The notes below the pieces were generated by a model that was not told the DNA's origin, did no database searches, and saw only the letters and a list, made by a program, of their open reading frames with translations. DNA of 64,000 nt from Cenococcum geophilum (taxonomy: Eukaryota). Location of the stretch: contig CP158635.1 in the NCBI GenBank assembly GCA_050273025.1, positions 27,528,001-27,592,000 of the forward strand, given 5' to 3'. The position numbers were made by a program, and so were the translations under genes. Positions 38,701 through 50,506 of this stretch are shown in pieces. Every line of letters starts with the position of its first letter. Positions within the stretch are counted from its first letter, which is position 1.

Positions 38701-41700
38701 CTTAAGGGATATATTAGCTAGAAACATATAGGATACCCTTTAGTTATACTAGATTAATATCTACTTAGGACCCCCTAATTAAATTATTTATAATATAGGA
38801 AAGAACTTCTTATTTATAGAGTTCCGATAATAAATAAAGGTAATAGTAATTAAGGTTAAGGAAGTCCCTATTAAGGCATATAATAGTATTAAAAAAGTAG
38901 AGTAATATTATACGCCATTATACCGCGTATATAAGATTATTTCTTTAAAACTAAAGGATGCTAGCGAAGAACTTACCTTACAAATAGCTGTTAAAGCTAT
39001 TAATAATTCCGCTGGCCTAAATAGACTCATACCTATATTGCTAGTCTTTAGCGCCTACCCTTAAATAACTAATAATTCTCTACTATCTCCCTCTATTATA
39101 TAATAAGCTAAGGCTATTTACAAAGCAATAAAGGAGGTATAATGTCTATACGCTACGCGCCAGGTTAATAACGCACTAGGAATAAGAAATGGCCTAAATA
39201 CCTTAACTACGCTTAATCTGCCACTCTAATCTAAAGTACAGGTATGGCGTAAAAAGGGAGGATAGTTAGGCCTATATAAACTCATTATAATTAATAGTTA
39301 AACTTATACTCTTTAGATGCCCTATAGACCTACTTAATTCTATTTAACCGTTATTAGGCTTTACTACAAAGATAACAGTTCTAAGCCTTTACAGGATACC
39401 CTAAAAGATACCCTAGAAGATGCCCTAAAGGAAAACCACGATTAACGTACCCTAGAAGGCGACTATAATCCTAATATAATTATAGTAGACGTGCCGCAAC
39501 TACGACGTAATAGAGGTCGCCTAAAGGGATTACAAAATTGCCAATATCTTATTAATTTTGAAGAGTAATTTATTACTACTATAGAGAGTAGAGTCAAGTT
39601 ATTAATGGCCTTTATAACAGCCAAAGAGAAGGCTAACTTTAAGCTCGTAAAATAGCTCTAAAAGGAAGGTTATATTATAACCCTAAGAGCTCCTTTCTAA
39701 GTATCTAATAAGTAGGAGATCGACGGTCTTATCGCAAAAGAAGTCTTTAAATTCAAGAAATATAACCTTACTAAGTTCGATAGAGTTCGCATCTTTAAGT
39801 TAAGAATAGTTAATAAAATTAAGGGTAAAGCTACTAACGCCCCATTTAAGAAATTAAGGCTTATTATTTAAGGTTATAACAATAATAGTAAAGAAATAAT
39901 TCTTATATAATCTCTTATAATTTAACGAGCTAGTTAGCAAGTTATTATTGTATTAGCTCCCTCCTTAATAAAGAATAGAATAATAGTTTATTTGCGAGAT
40001 ATTACTTAAGCCTATACCCAATTAGAGATGCACCTTTAGCGCTTAATATTAGTATACCTTCCGGAGTAAATTCGCCACTAGTATCTTAAAGACACAATTA
40101 TAGTTATACTTAAGCCATTATACAAAATCGCAGAGGCAGGAACTTATTAGTAGGCTACTTATAGTAAGCACTATAAAGAGAAGCTTTTAATAACTACTTC
40201 TATATTTAATCCCTGCTTCCTTATTATAACTATAGGAACTCTATTTAGAATCGTCGGCATATAAACTAATAATATAATTATCTTAGAAAATAACCAATTC
40301 TTAGCTCTTAAAGAAGATAAGTTAGTAAAGGTAAATCTTATAGTAAAGCTAAAGGAAAGACTTAATTTAATAACACTATTGCTCTTTAATAAATGTATCC
40401 TTTCTATAAATAAGGATTTTATTGCTTTACGCTAGAAGGGTTAAGGTAAGAAGATTAATATTATTAACATTAATTCTTTAAAATAAAGATATATGGAATA
40501 ACGCGCTTATAGGGCTTATATTGCTTCTATCTATTAACCTAAGGCTTCCTTTAATCTCTCTATTACCGCCTAACACTAAGAACTAACTAAGAATAACATT
40601 CTTGCTCTAAATAAGCGCCTTTTTTAGTAGATAAATTATCTCAACTAAGGGCTACTCTATATACCTATTAATCTCCCTACCGCTAAGATCTTTATATTTA
40701 TTAATAAATCGTTTACTAATAATAAAGATTTTAGCTCCTAGTTAGGATATAAGATTATTATTACAAATAAATCTACTAAAGAGAATAACTTTACAATCTA
40801 CGGTAACTTTATCTATTAGAGCTTAACTAAAAGTAAACGCGTTACTTAAAGCGTTTTAGCGTTAGAGATATATAGAATAATTAGCGGAGTTAATATAGTA
40901 ATTATAATTAAAACTACCCTTAAGATAATTACGGATTAACTTAAAATTCCCGCTATTTCTATAATTATATATACTAACTTATACTCCCTCTATAAGTATT
41001 TAGTTAAGCTTAGCACTATAAAGGAGAAGCGTCTTATAATTAATATTATGGTACTTTAGCAATCCTATAAGCGTTAAAAACTCTTTAAGATTTAATAGAT
41101 TAATAGCTAAGATAACCTAGCAAATATAATAATAAAGGTAAACCTAAATAAGGCACTAGAGATATTTATTAATATAAATACTCTATATATATAAGTTAAA
41201 GGTTAGGTTAAGAGGGAAATTTAGAGAAGTTAAGATCTTATAAAACTTTAACCGCCGGTTAAAGTTGTCTAATTAGTTAGATTCTTGCCAAGAGCGCCAT
41301 ACCTAATTAATTTAGGTAGCGGTGTGGAGTTCTGCCAACGCCATTCGTTAATCTAGCCAATTAGGATTTTCTATACCCGGCATAAAAAATTGCCATTAGC
41401 TCGCTTACTACTAGCGCCTTAGCGGCCCACTTATCTTCGCGTTAACCCCCTAACACCCTTTCTCTTTTCCTTCTTCCCCTTAGCTTTATACTTTTATATA
41501 GTAGCAATCTATAGGTGTTTATAAATGGCAACTATAAAAAGAAGAATTACTAGTGTTGGAAATAGGGTAAATTGCCGCTATATGCGGCAAATTGCCGTCA
41601 CGTGAGGCAAGTTGCCGTCACGTGTTGCCGCGGCACTAGCGTGGTAAGGAACCTTAAGTTCCTTACCCTTCCCCTTTCTTGGAACAAAAACAACAACAAT

Positions 41701-41754
41701 CATCATACTATCTACGAACCGTAGCTACGTGATATCCCCCTTGTGTAACCAACA
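35765..41754 (+). mobile_element. Ty1/copia-type LTR retrotransposon (second family), RIP-inactivated
   Basis: 201-bp LTRs at 35765-35965 and 41554-41754; TSD ATTAC at 35760-35764 and 41755-41759. After reverting RIP changes: HRRFGHP, HNSIGKVERYHAPL (integrase), RDITQAY, KPLYGIAEAG, GMQTDD (RT), FVDGSFANNKD (RNaseH), with integrase before RT. Confidence 0.93.
41229..41402 (+). other. 174-bp multi-hairpin non-coding module in the copia 3' UTR (homolog at 9279-9452)
   Basis: Hairpin AACTTTAACC-gcc-GGTTAAAGTT; long stem AATTRGYYAGATT..AATCTRGCCAATT; hairpin TTTTCTATRCC-c-GGCATARAAAA. Confidence 0.85.
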
Positions 41755-42183
41755 ATTACAGTCCCTCGTCAAAAGTGTCCGTGCAGAGGCCACACCAAAA
41801 ATGACACCCCTGTTAAAATACTATGCAAAAGTCATATAATTAATTCCAGAGCTTTAAAAAAATCTAAGGCTACTTATAGATACAGAATCGAGTAATTGCG
41901 ATACTTTTTTGGTATTTAAAAATCTAGTGTGCTACTCTTTAGCCTTAATTATAGCATCGTATTTCTCTTCTATACTATTAATTAAAGACTTGAAAAAGGC
42001 AGGGGCTATCTCATCCTAGTAAAATACTACCTTGGTTATACTCGCACTATTTCTAATAGTGTCATTTATACCGTTCGGATTTTCCGCTAATTTTACTATC
42101 TTTTATCCATACTCCCTTGTTTTTCTATCGTATACCCCCGGCCCTCTTAGTTTTTTATTACACCTACTAGTACCAACCCCCAC

Positions 42184-43294
42184 ATGCCCCGCGTCCTCAC
42201 CTCTGGCGCCGGTGCCATTGGCTCTATCTACACCTACAGCATCTCTTCGGTTCCGGTGGTTAGCGCAGCCACTCCTGCACGGCCTTTTTGGAGGGGAAAT
42301 TTTGGTATTTTTGCTGTTTAGGGGAAAGTTGACAAAACACGCTAACCACGTGATGCGCCAGGATGCTGTACTTTCTACAGAGCGCAAGCTGCTCCGTCAT
42401 CGTCGTCTGCCGCAGCAACTACGCGGCCATTAGCTCCCAAGGCTTCCACATCTCCACCGTCAAACTCAGCTCGGACGTACACGCCCAGCCACCCGTCGTT
42501 CGCAACGCCGCCGAAGCCGCATAGAAATCCGATGGCAGCGATGGCATATGGGACTACATCTTGGTCAATGGCAAAGCTTTCCCCGGCTCGCAGCCCACGC
42601 AAGCCTCCCCAATCGCTCCAGCCGTGGGGCCGCAAACGACGATTGCGTTACTGCAAAACGGCATTGGGATTGAGGATGAATACGCGGCTGCATTCCCGAA
42701 CAATCCCCTCCTCTCCGGCGTCGTCTACCTCCCCGTGACGCAGACCGCGCCGGGAGAGATACGGATGGGAGAGATCGAACTGCTGGAACTCGGCACGTAT
42801 CCTGCCAACGCGCCGGAAGCGCACAATGCGCGTGCAGCGGAGTTTGCGGAGGTGACCACGAAGGGCGGGGGAACTTGTAAATGTTTGATGATATTCAGCC
42901 GCGGCGCCGGTCGAAACTGCTAATGAACGCGTCGTGGAATCCAATTTGTGCACTAGCGCAGAGTTCGGATGTCCAATTTATGGCGTCGTCGCCTGGTGCT
43001 ACTAATTTTGTGTGGGAGGTTATGCTGGAGGTTGTGAAGATTGCGCAGGCGCTTGGATATGCCGAGATTACGGAGAAAAACGCGGCGTATCAACTCGAGA
43101 GAGCGGAGGTAAGGACTAAGGCGAATGTGGTGGAGCCAAGTATGCTGGGGGACGTGTGGAATAATCGGCAGATGGAGGTGGAGGCGATTGTGGGTAACCT
43201 AGTCAGGATGGCTAGGGAGAATGACGTTGAAGCGGTGAAGTTAGAAGCATTATATATTTTGATTAAAGCGCTGGACGAGGGTGTGTCTAAATGA
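42184..43294 (+). pseudogene. Ketopantoate reductase (PanE/ApbA family) pseudogene
   Basis: MPRVLTSGAGAIGSIY Rossmann motif, VCRSNY, LLQNGIG, SML.D, EVEAIVG. Lesions: MITE at 42237-42368, in-frame TAG at 42522-42524, frameshift near 42880. Confidence 0.88.
42237..42368. mobile_element. 132-bp Tc1/mariner-type MITE
   Basis: Imperfect TIRs CAGCATC..GTGGTTAGCG and CGCTAACCAC..GATGCTG with a TA TSD. Excision restores the PanE frame (IYTY|FLQSAS). Confidence 0.8.
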
Positions 43295-43499
43295 GAGAAA
43301 CTGGGATGTTTCTGGGAAGATGAGACCCAAAAGGACTCCAAGCTTTGATGGCCGGCGTTGACACATTAAAGCTGTATTTAATGCATGAGAAATTCATCAT
43401 TTATTAAGCTATAGAAAACATAAAGAGTATATTATTTTGGAAGGGCATCGATATCGCTCAACGTCAAATATTAGCCTTAGCCATTAGCTACGCAAGTAC

Positions 43500-45994
43500 A
43501 AGCCTCAAATGGCTGATGACACTGCGCGCATGTCCTAAGTACCCGATGCGCGTGATGCATCTTAAGGACCCAGAAAGCCCACGCCAGAGCACCAAGAGCT
43601 AAAAGCAACAAAATACCAAATAGTATGGCCAGAACTAGAGGAGTATGTCGGTCGTGGCATAGTATTGGTGTAAGTGTTGAGGTTGCTGGAATTGGCGTAG
43701 CAAAACATGGTGGTATGGTAACAGTAGATGCTGGACACGCAGATAGGCCGTTAGTTATAGAGTAAGGTGTTTAAGTCCGAGTTCGAGTTACGTAGATTGT
43801 TCCAGTACATAACCCAAGGGTACTGCTAATAGTGGATACCGGAGGGTAGGTGCTTGGGGAAATGGTTATACCTAAACAACTGCTGGAAGAAATTGATAGA
43901 CATGAACTTGGATAGATAGTTGTGCCAAAATAACTGCTGTAAGAGCTTAGCGGGCAGGAGATGGGGAAGATAGTTGTGCCCAAACAACTACTAGATGAGA
44001 GCGAGGGACAAGAACTTGGAAAGGCCGTAGTTCCTAAACAACTACTGGGCGAATCTGAAGAGCAGGAGCTTAGGTATACCGTTGTCCTTGAGTATGTGGT
44101 GAATGAAGCGCTACATGCCGGGTATGATGTTGGCGTAATGGTGGTTGGGGTGCATTAAGTTGAGGAACTAGTACAGCTTAAGCAGGTTGTCGGATAGATG
44201 GTTGAACTACGGCGTTGAAACGACCTTAGCGTTGTTATAGTAGTGCTAATAAGCGGCACTGGCACCGCCTTAGTCACGATTAGTGGGACATAGATTGTTG
44301 AGCTGCTGCATTGACTTGGAGAAACACCAAAAGTTATCATTACTGCCGAAATCGTCTCAGAAAGGGGCGGACGTTAACTCGGAGCGCTACTTTAGGTGAG
44401 AGTAATAGATGTTGTGGAAATTGCTGCGGGCAGTCCTGGAACTGCATTTGAGGTAATAGAGCAAGGCAGCGATACTGTGGACGTTGTAATTGAGGGCGTG
44501 GTCACGGTGACTATGTATATGATTGGGGTCTGACTTGTCGAACAACTTTGCGATACAATAATGGCTGCGGGTGTTCCAGATACAGTTGTTGTAGATGGCG
44601 GCAGACAACTTCCTGGAGATGAGATTGGTCCAGACGTAGTGGAAGATACCGATACAGTTAGCGTGGGAGAGCTTGCCAATGTGCTGCAGGCCCCGGGTAG
44701 TGACGTTATCGTCGTTACAGTAACGAGAACCGGGAGGACACTCGTTACCGCGCAGCAGCTACCCGACGTAATATTCCCATAATTTGTCTGAATTTAAAAT
44801 ATGCTTGTAATATATGAGGTACCTCCGCCTCATATTTTTGATGGGGTGACGGGGCATGGCAAAGTGGTGAACCCTCCATACGATATCATTGTAATAGTTG
44901 CGGTGACTTCACGGCGCGTTGTGGGTTTGGGCGTTGGGCATGCGGAGATTGTAACAGTGGAAGGATGTCGCGATGATACAGTATATCCTTGTGTACAAGG
45001 CTAGGATAAGACGTGACGACTATCCCTTGCTACGGTGGGGTCCAACACAAAGGTGGCCCGTGCGGGAACACCAAAAAAATCAGAAGATTTAGCTGATTTG
45101 ATTGGGTCAAATTCTTATCGATAACGTTGGACCCAAACTACCGTAGCAAGGGATAGTCTTTGCTAAGCTAGTTGAGGAACTGCTGCTAAACCGCGACAAC
45201 GACGTTGAGACCGCATAGCTAGACGTGCTCGAAGTTACTGAGCTAGGCCGGGAAGTGGAAGTAGAAGAAGACAGCGCGTGACTCGCGCTGGAGGTTGTTG
45301 ATTCTAGTAGAGAGTAAATAGAGCTGGTTGATCTATGTCAACGTAGAACTACTTGTGCTGGGTTGAACCGAGGAAGCAGACTTCTGCTGACTGGTGCTCG
45401 AAGTTATTGAGCTAGTGAGCACTGCCACGCTAGAAGGCGTACTGGTATTGATGGTTATGGTTGGCCGGAGGCTGATGAAAATGTCGATGAGGATGTGACA
45501 GAGGTCCGATAGTGGGTGGAGCTGGTTGAAAACGTTGGGTAGGAAACTAACGAGATACAAGTTGTGCTACTCGTATATGATGATGTAAATGGGATGATGC
45601 TTTAGGAAAGGATTGAATTTGAAGATATTACTACAGTATGAAGGGGTACTGATATCCCATGACCCGCCAATTATCGTCCTACGTTATCGATAAGAATTTG
45701 GCCAATTAGGAGGCATGGATTGAGTACGGTTCCTTAGGGTTTGGTGCACGGGCCATACCTTAGCGATAACGTAACGGGTGATGGGATGCTGGGTGTATCG
45801 TGGGAAGGTGACGTTGAGCATGGCGTTCCTTCGTTGTATGACGGCACTGTGAACATGCCTAATGTCCATGGCGACCAGCCTTCCTGGTCGGCAGGTTGAG
45901 TCCATTGATGATTGGTCCGCTCTTTTTCTTTGCTTTCTCCAGCTAACACAAGTAGATTTAAGAATGCGACTAAGAAGAGAAGTTTCGCGACCAT
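43500..45994 (-). pseudogene. Secreted Ser/Thr/Pro/Cys-rich mucin-like protein, fragmented (3' boundary approximate)
   Basis: Signal peptide MVAKLLFLVAFLNLLVLAG; S/T-rich pieces in changing frames separated by stops; 54-bp repeats at ~43861-44075; MITE insertion. Confidence 0.6.
45018..45158. mobile_element. MITE-like inverted-repeat element
   Basis: Perfect 19-bp TIR GACTATCCCTTGCTACGGT / ACCGTAGCAAGGGATAGTC plus an inner GGGTCCAAC / GTTGGACCC pair. No clear TSD. Confidence 0.7.
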
Positions 45995-47090
45995 GACGGG
46001 CTTCAACGAAGATGGTAGGAAAAGACCGTAGACAGGATTCACATACTAGCGAAAGACTACAGCAAAAGGCGCGAGCACAAGATTACAACAGAAACTTAGC
46101 CAAACCTGCGGGCGAGGCGCCTTCTTCCAAGAAATTGACGATTAAAAGAATACAACCTGTCAGGATGGCATTGTTATGAGGACGAAAGAGAAAGTGAGCG
46201 GCGGTCAGGGTGGCTTGCCATTTACTGGTCTTCAGCAGTCGCAGGCCGGAAGAAGCATGGACTTTTGACCAAGTCAATCTTCTTTGTAGATTCTTTAGGT
46301 ACTAGGTGAGTAAGCCACCGCCAGCCTAGCGCAGGACATGTTGTTTTCGTCTGCATCGCATCGCATAGTGGCTGACTGAATCCTGACTATTCATTGAATT
46401 ACCTCCGCCTTCATTCGTGCATGCGACCACCATCTCCTCCCAGCTCCTCGCTCTCGTTGGTGGCACATTTCGAGACCAAAATGTGCTCCGGTGCTAGCAC
46501 TTCTCTGGCCCGCCTAAGGCTTCGATGATCTTCACGTCATGCACCCTAATAGCCAGTGAATGAAACTGCAGAATCGGCTTGCGCTCCCACAACCTGCAGC
46601 GCTTAACACGCGCTAAACCCAATTCGATATAGCGGTTTGAGGCAGTGCATGAGAAAGCGCTCTAAACCATGATTCATTGAACGTGCTTCGCTCCCATTGT
46701 TAAGGTGGAAGCCCCCGTAGTTTAGTCTACAGTATCTCCGCACCGTTGTTTCGCGGAGCATCACATAGATGTTCCTGCAGCGAAACGATTCAAGGAGAAT
46801 TAGAAGTACCGGAGATCTCTTTCCCGCTGAGCTTTACCTTCAGATCGCTGATCAAAATGCAGCCTCCCGTCGCAGTCACCTTAAATGTGAGGTTCAACGT
46901 CGTCTCTCTGATATCCGATTTCAAACGACACGTTCATTTAATGCAAACTGTGATCATCAACATCAAATGATCATTTCGGGTATCCCAATTACACCCGGTC
47001 ATTCATGTCCTTTTAATGACTCATCCCAAGCCTAACACACCACCACCTCCGCCATCCCGACCCGGATAACCCAGCCAGCACTCCGCCATC

Positions 47091-47636
47091 ATGGTCCTCA
47101 ACCAAGCCGACCCCAAACCTATCCCGGACCCCGACAACTCCACCATCTACACAGCCACCACACCCCCCGAAACCGTCGCCGCCGACCTCCTGGACGACCA
47201 TGACCCGTTCGACAGCGCCGAACCCAGCTCCTCCTCAGTCCCCTGGCCCGGCTCCACCTTCATCATCCGCTCCGTCTCGTCCGGGCACGTGATCACGCTG
47301 CTTGACGGGCAGATTGTGCTGGCCCAGCCGGGAGGCCGCGGCTCCATCCACTGGGCGTGCGTGGAAACCAAAGGCTGGCTCGGCTTCCGGAATCTCGCCT
47401 CGGGTAGATTCCTGGGTCACGATATAAGAGGAAGACTGTGCTGCTCAGCCGAGCGGCACCAAGGATGGGAATACTTTTGCGTCAGGATGAGGCCGGAGGG
47501 AGGCTATGTCTTGCTCATGACCCATTTTGAGAGGCTTTGGCACGTGGGGACCAAGGTGGAGCAGGGGGTAGAGAAGCTGGCGAAGATTGAGGATGGGGGA
47601 TCCGGTGGGATCGTTTGGGAGTTTGTTAAGGTTTAG
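47091..47636 (+). CDS. Fungal hypothetical protein, 181 aa, probable beta-trefoil-like domain
   Basis: Intronless ORF with GC3 bias. A P/T/D-rich N-terminus is followed by about three 40-aa beta-rich units (PWPGSTFIIR.., WACVETKGWLGFRN..SGRFLG, WEYFCVR..GGYVLL, IVWEFVKV). Confidence 0.75.
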   Translation: MVLNQADPKPIPDPDNSTIYTATTPPETVAADLLDDHDPFDSAEPSSSSVPWPGSTFIIRSVSSGHVITLLDGQIVLAQPGGRGSIHWACVETKGWLGFRNLASGRFLGHDIRGRLCCSAERHQGWEYFCVRMRPEGGYVLLMTHFERLWHVGTKVEQGVEKLAKIEDGGSGGIVWEFVKV

Positions 47637-48408
47637 TGCCCTAAAGCTCTTTACGTTCTTCGAGTTGTCGACAATGATTCCTTAGAACGACACTTGCCGA
47701 TTTGACTAAACTAAAGGATACACCGTGATTCTGACGGGAAGTGCACGGAAATGCCTTTATAAGAAGCTCTCAGTCGCTTGAAAGGCCACTCCATAGAGCG
47801 CGTTCCGAAGCATATTCTCACTTCCTAGGATGTCTGATTTATGCTGGTGATAGAAACCATGCAACCGATAGTCTAGCTTACATGACCTGCTTGGCAATAT
47901 TCCCTTATCTCAATGTCCAAGTTTCTTGAGGCAGCAATATCGTAAATTGTAAAATTAAATGAATCATGGCTTATATGGATTTTACTGTGAAATATTCATG
48001 GATAGCCTCAAACTGTTGTAACAGATTAAGTTTAGTGCGTGCCAAGTGCTGCAGGTCATAGGCAGCTTTAAACTGTGGAGCGCACGAAAAAGCGGAAGCC
48101 TATCTGCGGGATGCGGTCATCAAATACAACGCAAAGCCACTCCACACGACCTCCAGCTAGAACCGGCTATCAAAGCGGGTCCACAACCAGACGCACAACC
48201 AGACGCATCACCCTGCAGCTGTTATCCATTCGCGATTACGAGCATACTGGATATGTGTGAGGGTCTGCTCAAAGCATATAATGGACCTTCCTCTCAGCTT
48301 CCATCGTCGTGTAAACCTTGTTAAGACAGCTTCTGATCTTACTTGCGCGCCCTCCTAACAACCGCAGCCCAGCCTGACAAAGGACAATCGACGACAATCT
48401 AGGACATA

Positions 48409-49862
48409 ATGGTCGGAAGCATTAACGCAATTCAGCTTGCTGTTCAGCAAGCCCAAGGCTCCACCGTTGGAGTTGTTCCTCCAGACGGAAGCGTCCAACC
48501 ACGACTAGAGACTGGTGACTTCATTCAAGATGCGGATTTGGTTAACTTTTACCTTCTGGCTCTGCAAGAGTTGATGCAGCAGGACCGGAAAATGCCATTT
48601 TCATACTTCCAGACTGCGGGTGCGCGCGAGGCTGATTCATGAGCATTAAATTGGCCGTTTTCCTGATATTTCCTAAGCATACACGGAAGGCCATGGGCAA
48701 ATTGGGACAAAGTTGACCCACACAAATTCACCGTGAATTCAATGATTTTGTGAAAGAAGGAAACGGACCGATTCAGAAAACCCTTCCGGGATCCATTTCT
48801 CCCCCGACAAAAATTGATGAATGTCCATGGATATCCCATCTACAGATGCGGTATTCCCATAATTCTCATGATTCCAAAAGTGCGCGTGCGAATACCGAAG
48901 CGCTCGAGGAATTAACCGAAATCGATAATCCTCTTTACAGCTGTCGGCCCCCAGATGGAACTAATAAATGGAATGACGTTGCTTGGAATGGGCAGATTGA
49001 AACTACCCTGTCAGTAAAATCTGCGTTCCAGCCTCCCATTGACATATATTCAATTCTAACAGGCGCATTAGACCGAAGGGCCGCATGACAGATTTCCTAT
49101 GCATACCATTCGCGGAATTTCGACAAACGGAAATAGTGACCATAGCTTCGTCAATCAAACTCTCGACAACGTGCTCAGTCACAGCACCGGCCGTGGGCTG
49201 CCTCTTGGTGGAAAATGTACCGAATGCTTCTGGGACCTTCGTTGACGTACGGAGAGATGTCAAACACATCTTACGTTCCACCAAGCGATGACGAGCCAAC
49301 GAGGAATGAGCAGGACTCTGTGGAAGGGTTTCACAACGACATTCATGTAATGTGAGGAGCAGGACACGGGACCGATTAATCGTATATGTATAGACACATG
49401 GCGCTCAATGAATACAATGCTTTTGACCCCATATTCTGGCTCCATCATGCATCAGTAAGGGAATAGCTTCAAATTAGATTGATCGTTGACGGCTGTTATA
49501 GGAATATTGATTGTATCATTGCCATTTGGCAAGCTTTGAACCCCAAAAAGCGGTTCAAAAGGCAGCCCCTCCGTGGTGGTCCCACATACGTCACGGCAAC
49601 CATGACTGAGGAGCGATCAACTTCGCCGCTTGTACCGTTTCGCAAAGGGTTCGGCGATAATGGCACACCGCTCTGGTGGACATCAAATGAAGTTCGTGAT
49701 TGCAGAACCCTTGGTTACACATACTGTACCCCTAGATTCCTACAGAGAAATCAGACATTGGCTCGCTACGAAAGTGGGTCAATGATCACTATGAACTTAC
49801 GAATGGGATTCAAGATATGTGGTCTGGATTTGTCTCTCTATGAGGGCACAACGTCAGAGTGA
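48409..49862 (+). pseudogene. Tyrosinase pseudogene
   Basis: SYFQTAG|IHGRPW (start of CuA), VEGFHNDIH and AFDPIFWLHH|NIDCIIAIWQAL (CuB), LVPFRK..WWTSNEVRD..LGYTY. Pieces are in inconsistent frames with stops; the remaining CuA histidines were not found. Confidence 0.8.
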
Positions 49863-50506
49863 GAGATAGCTCTGTTTATGAGTCGTCTTTGCTGATATTC
49901 ACTACCGTTTTGAGGCGGCGATTTCTGTTAGAACATACTGCGATCTTGATTAGCCTTAACCATTAAACTGAGGGATACGCATAGTCGGATTAATCAATGG
50001 CCGCTAGATATGTAAAATTATAAAAGTGTACGCATGTAGGTCTTGGATTCGTGTATTAGGTGTCGAAAACCAAATAGGGCCTAGTTCAGGGTTTCTACAG
50101 GGAGACTCTCTTCATTTTGATCCTCGCACGAGTTCTGACATTAGGGTTGTACACATAGTGCCCGTGATAGATCTGGCTATGCTACCAGTAGCCTAGTGTA
50201 GGATGGCGAAAATGAACCTTTGCTGCTGAAAAGATGACTGGTGGGACTCTCCGATGTGGGGCTTGTAAAGCGGAAGATCTGCACTCCAGGGATCCACAAC
50301 ATGCATACTGGTATCAGCACGCTAACAACCCTAGCATTAGTAAGCTATTCGTACACCGCTAAGACACTACGGTGTGCTGATGAGCAACTATAATAAAGGG
50401 CATCATTAGCTCCTTTTTTTTGTGAATTTCCTGGTCCTTTGAGCTGACGCTGTGTGCCTTTCGTGTTCATCGGGAAGTCACATAATCTTCTCTTTCTGCT
50501 TCAGCA

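Noticed and set aside
41757..42170. TACAGTCCC.. Tc1-like terminus next to the copia TSD
   Set aside because: No matching second TIR or transposase remnant found.
46746..47035. Possible F-box-like fragment (LFPAELYLQIADQ)
   Set aside because: Too short; no supporting gene structure.
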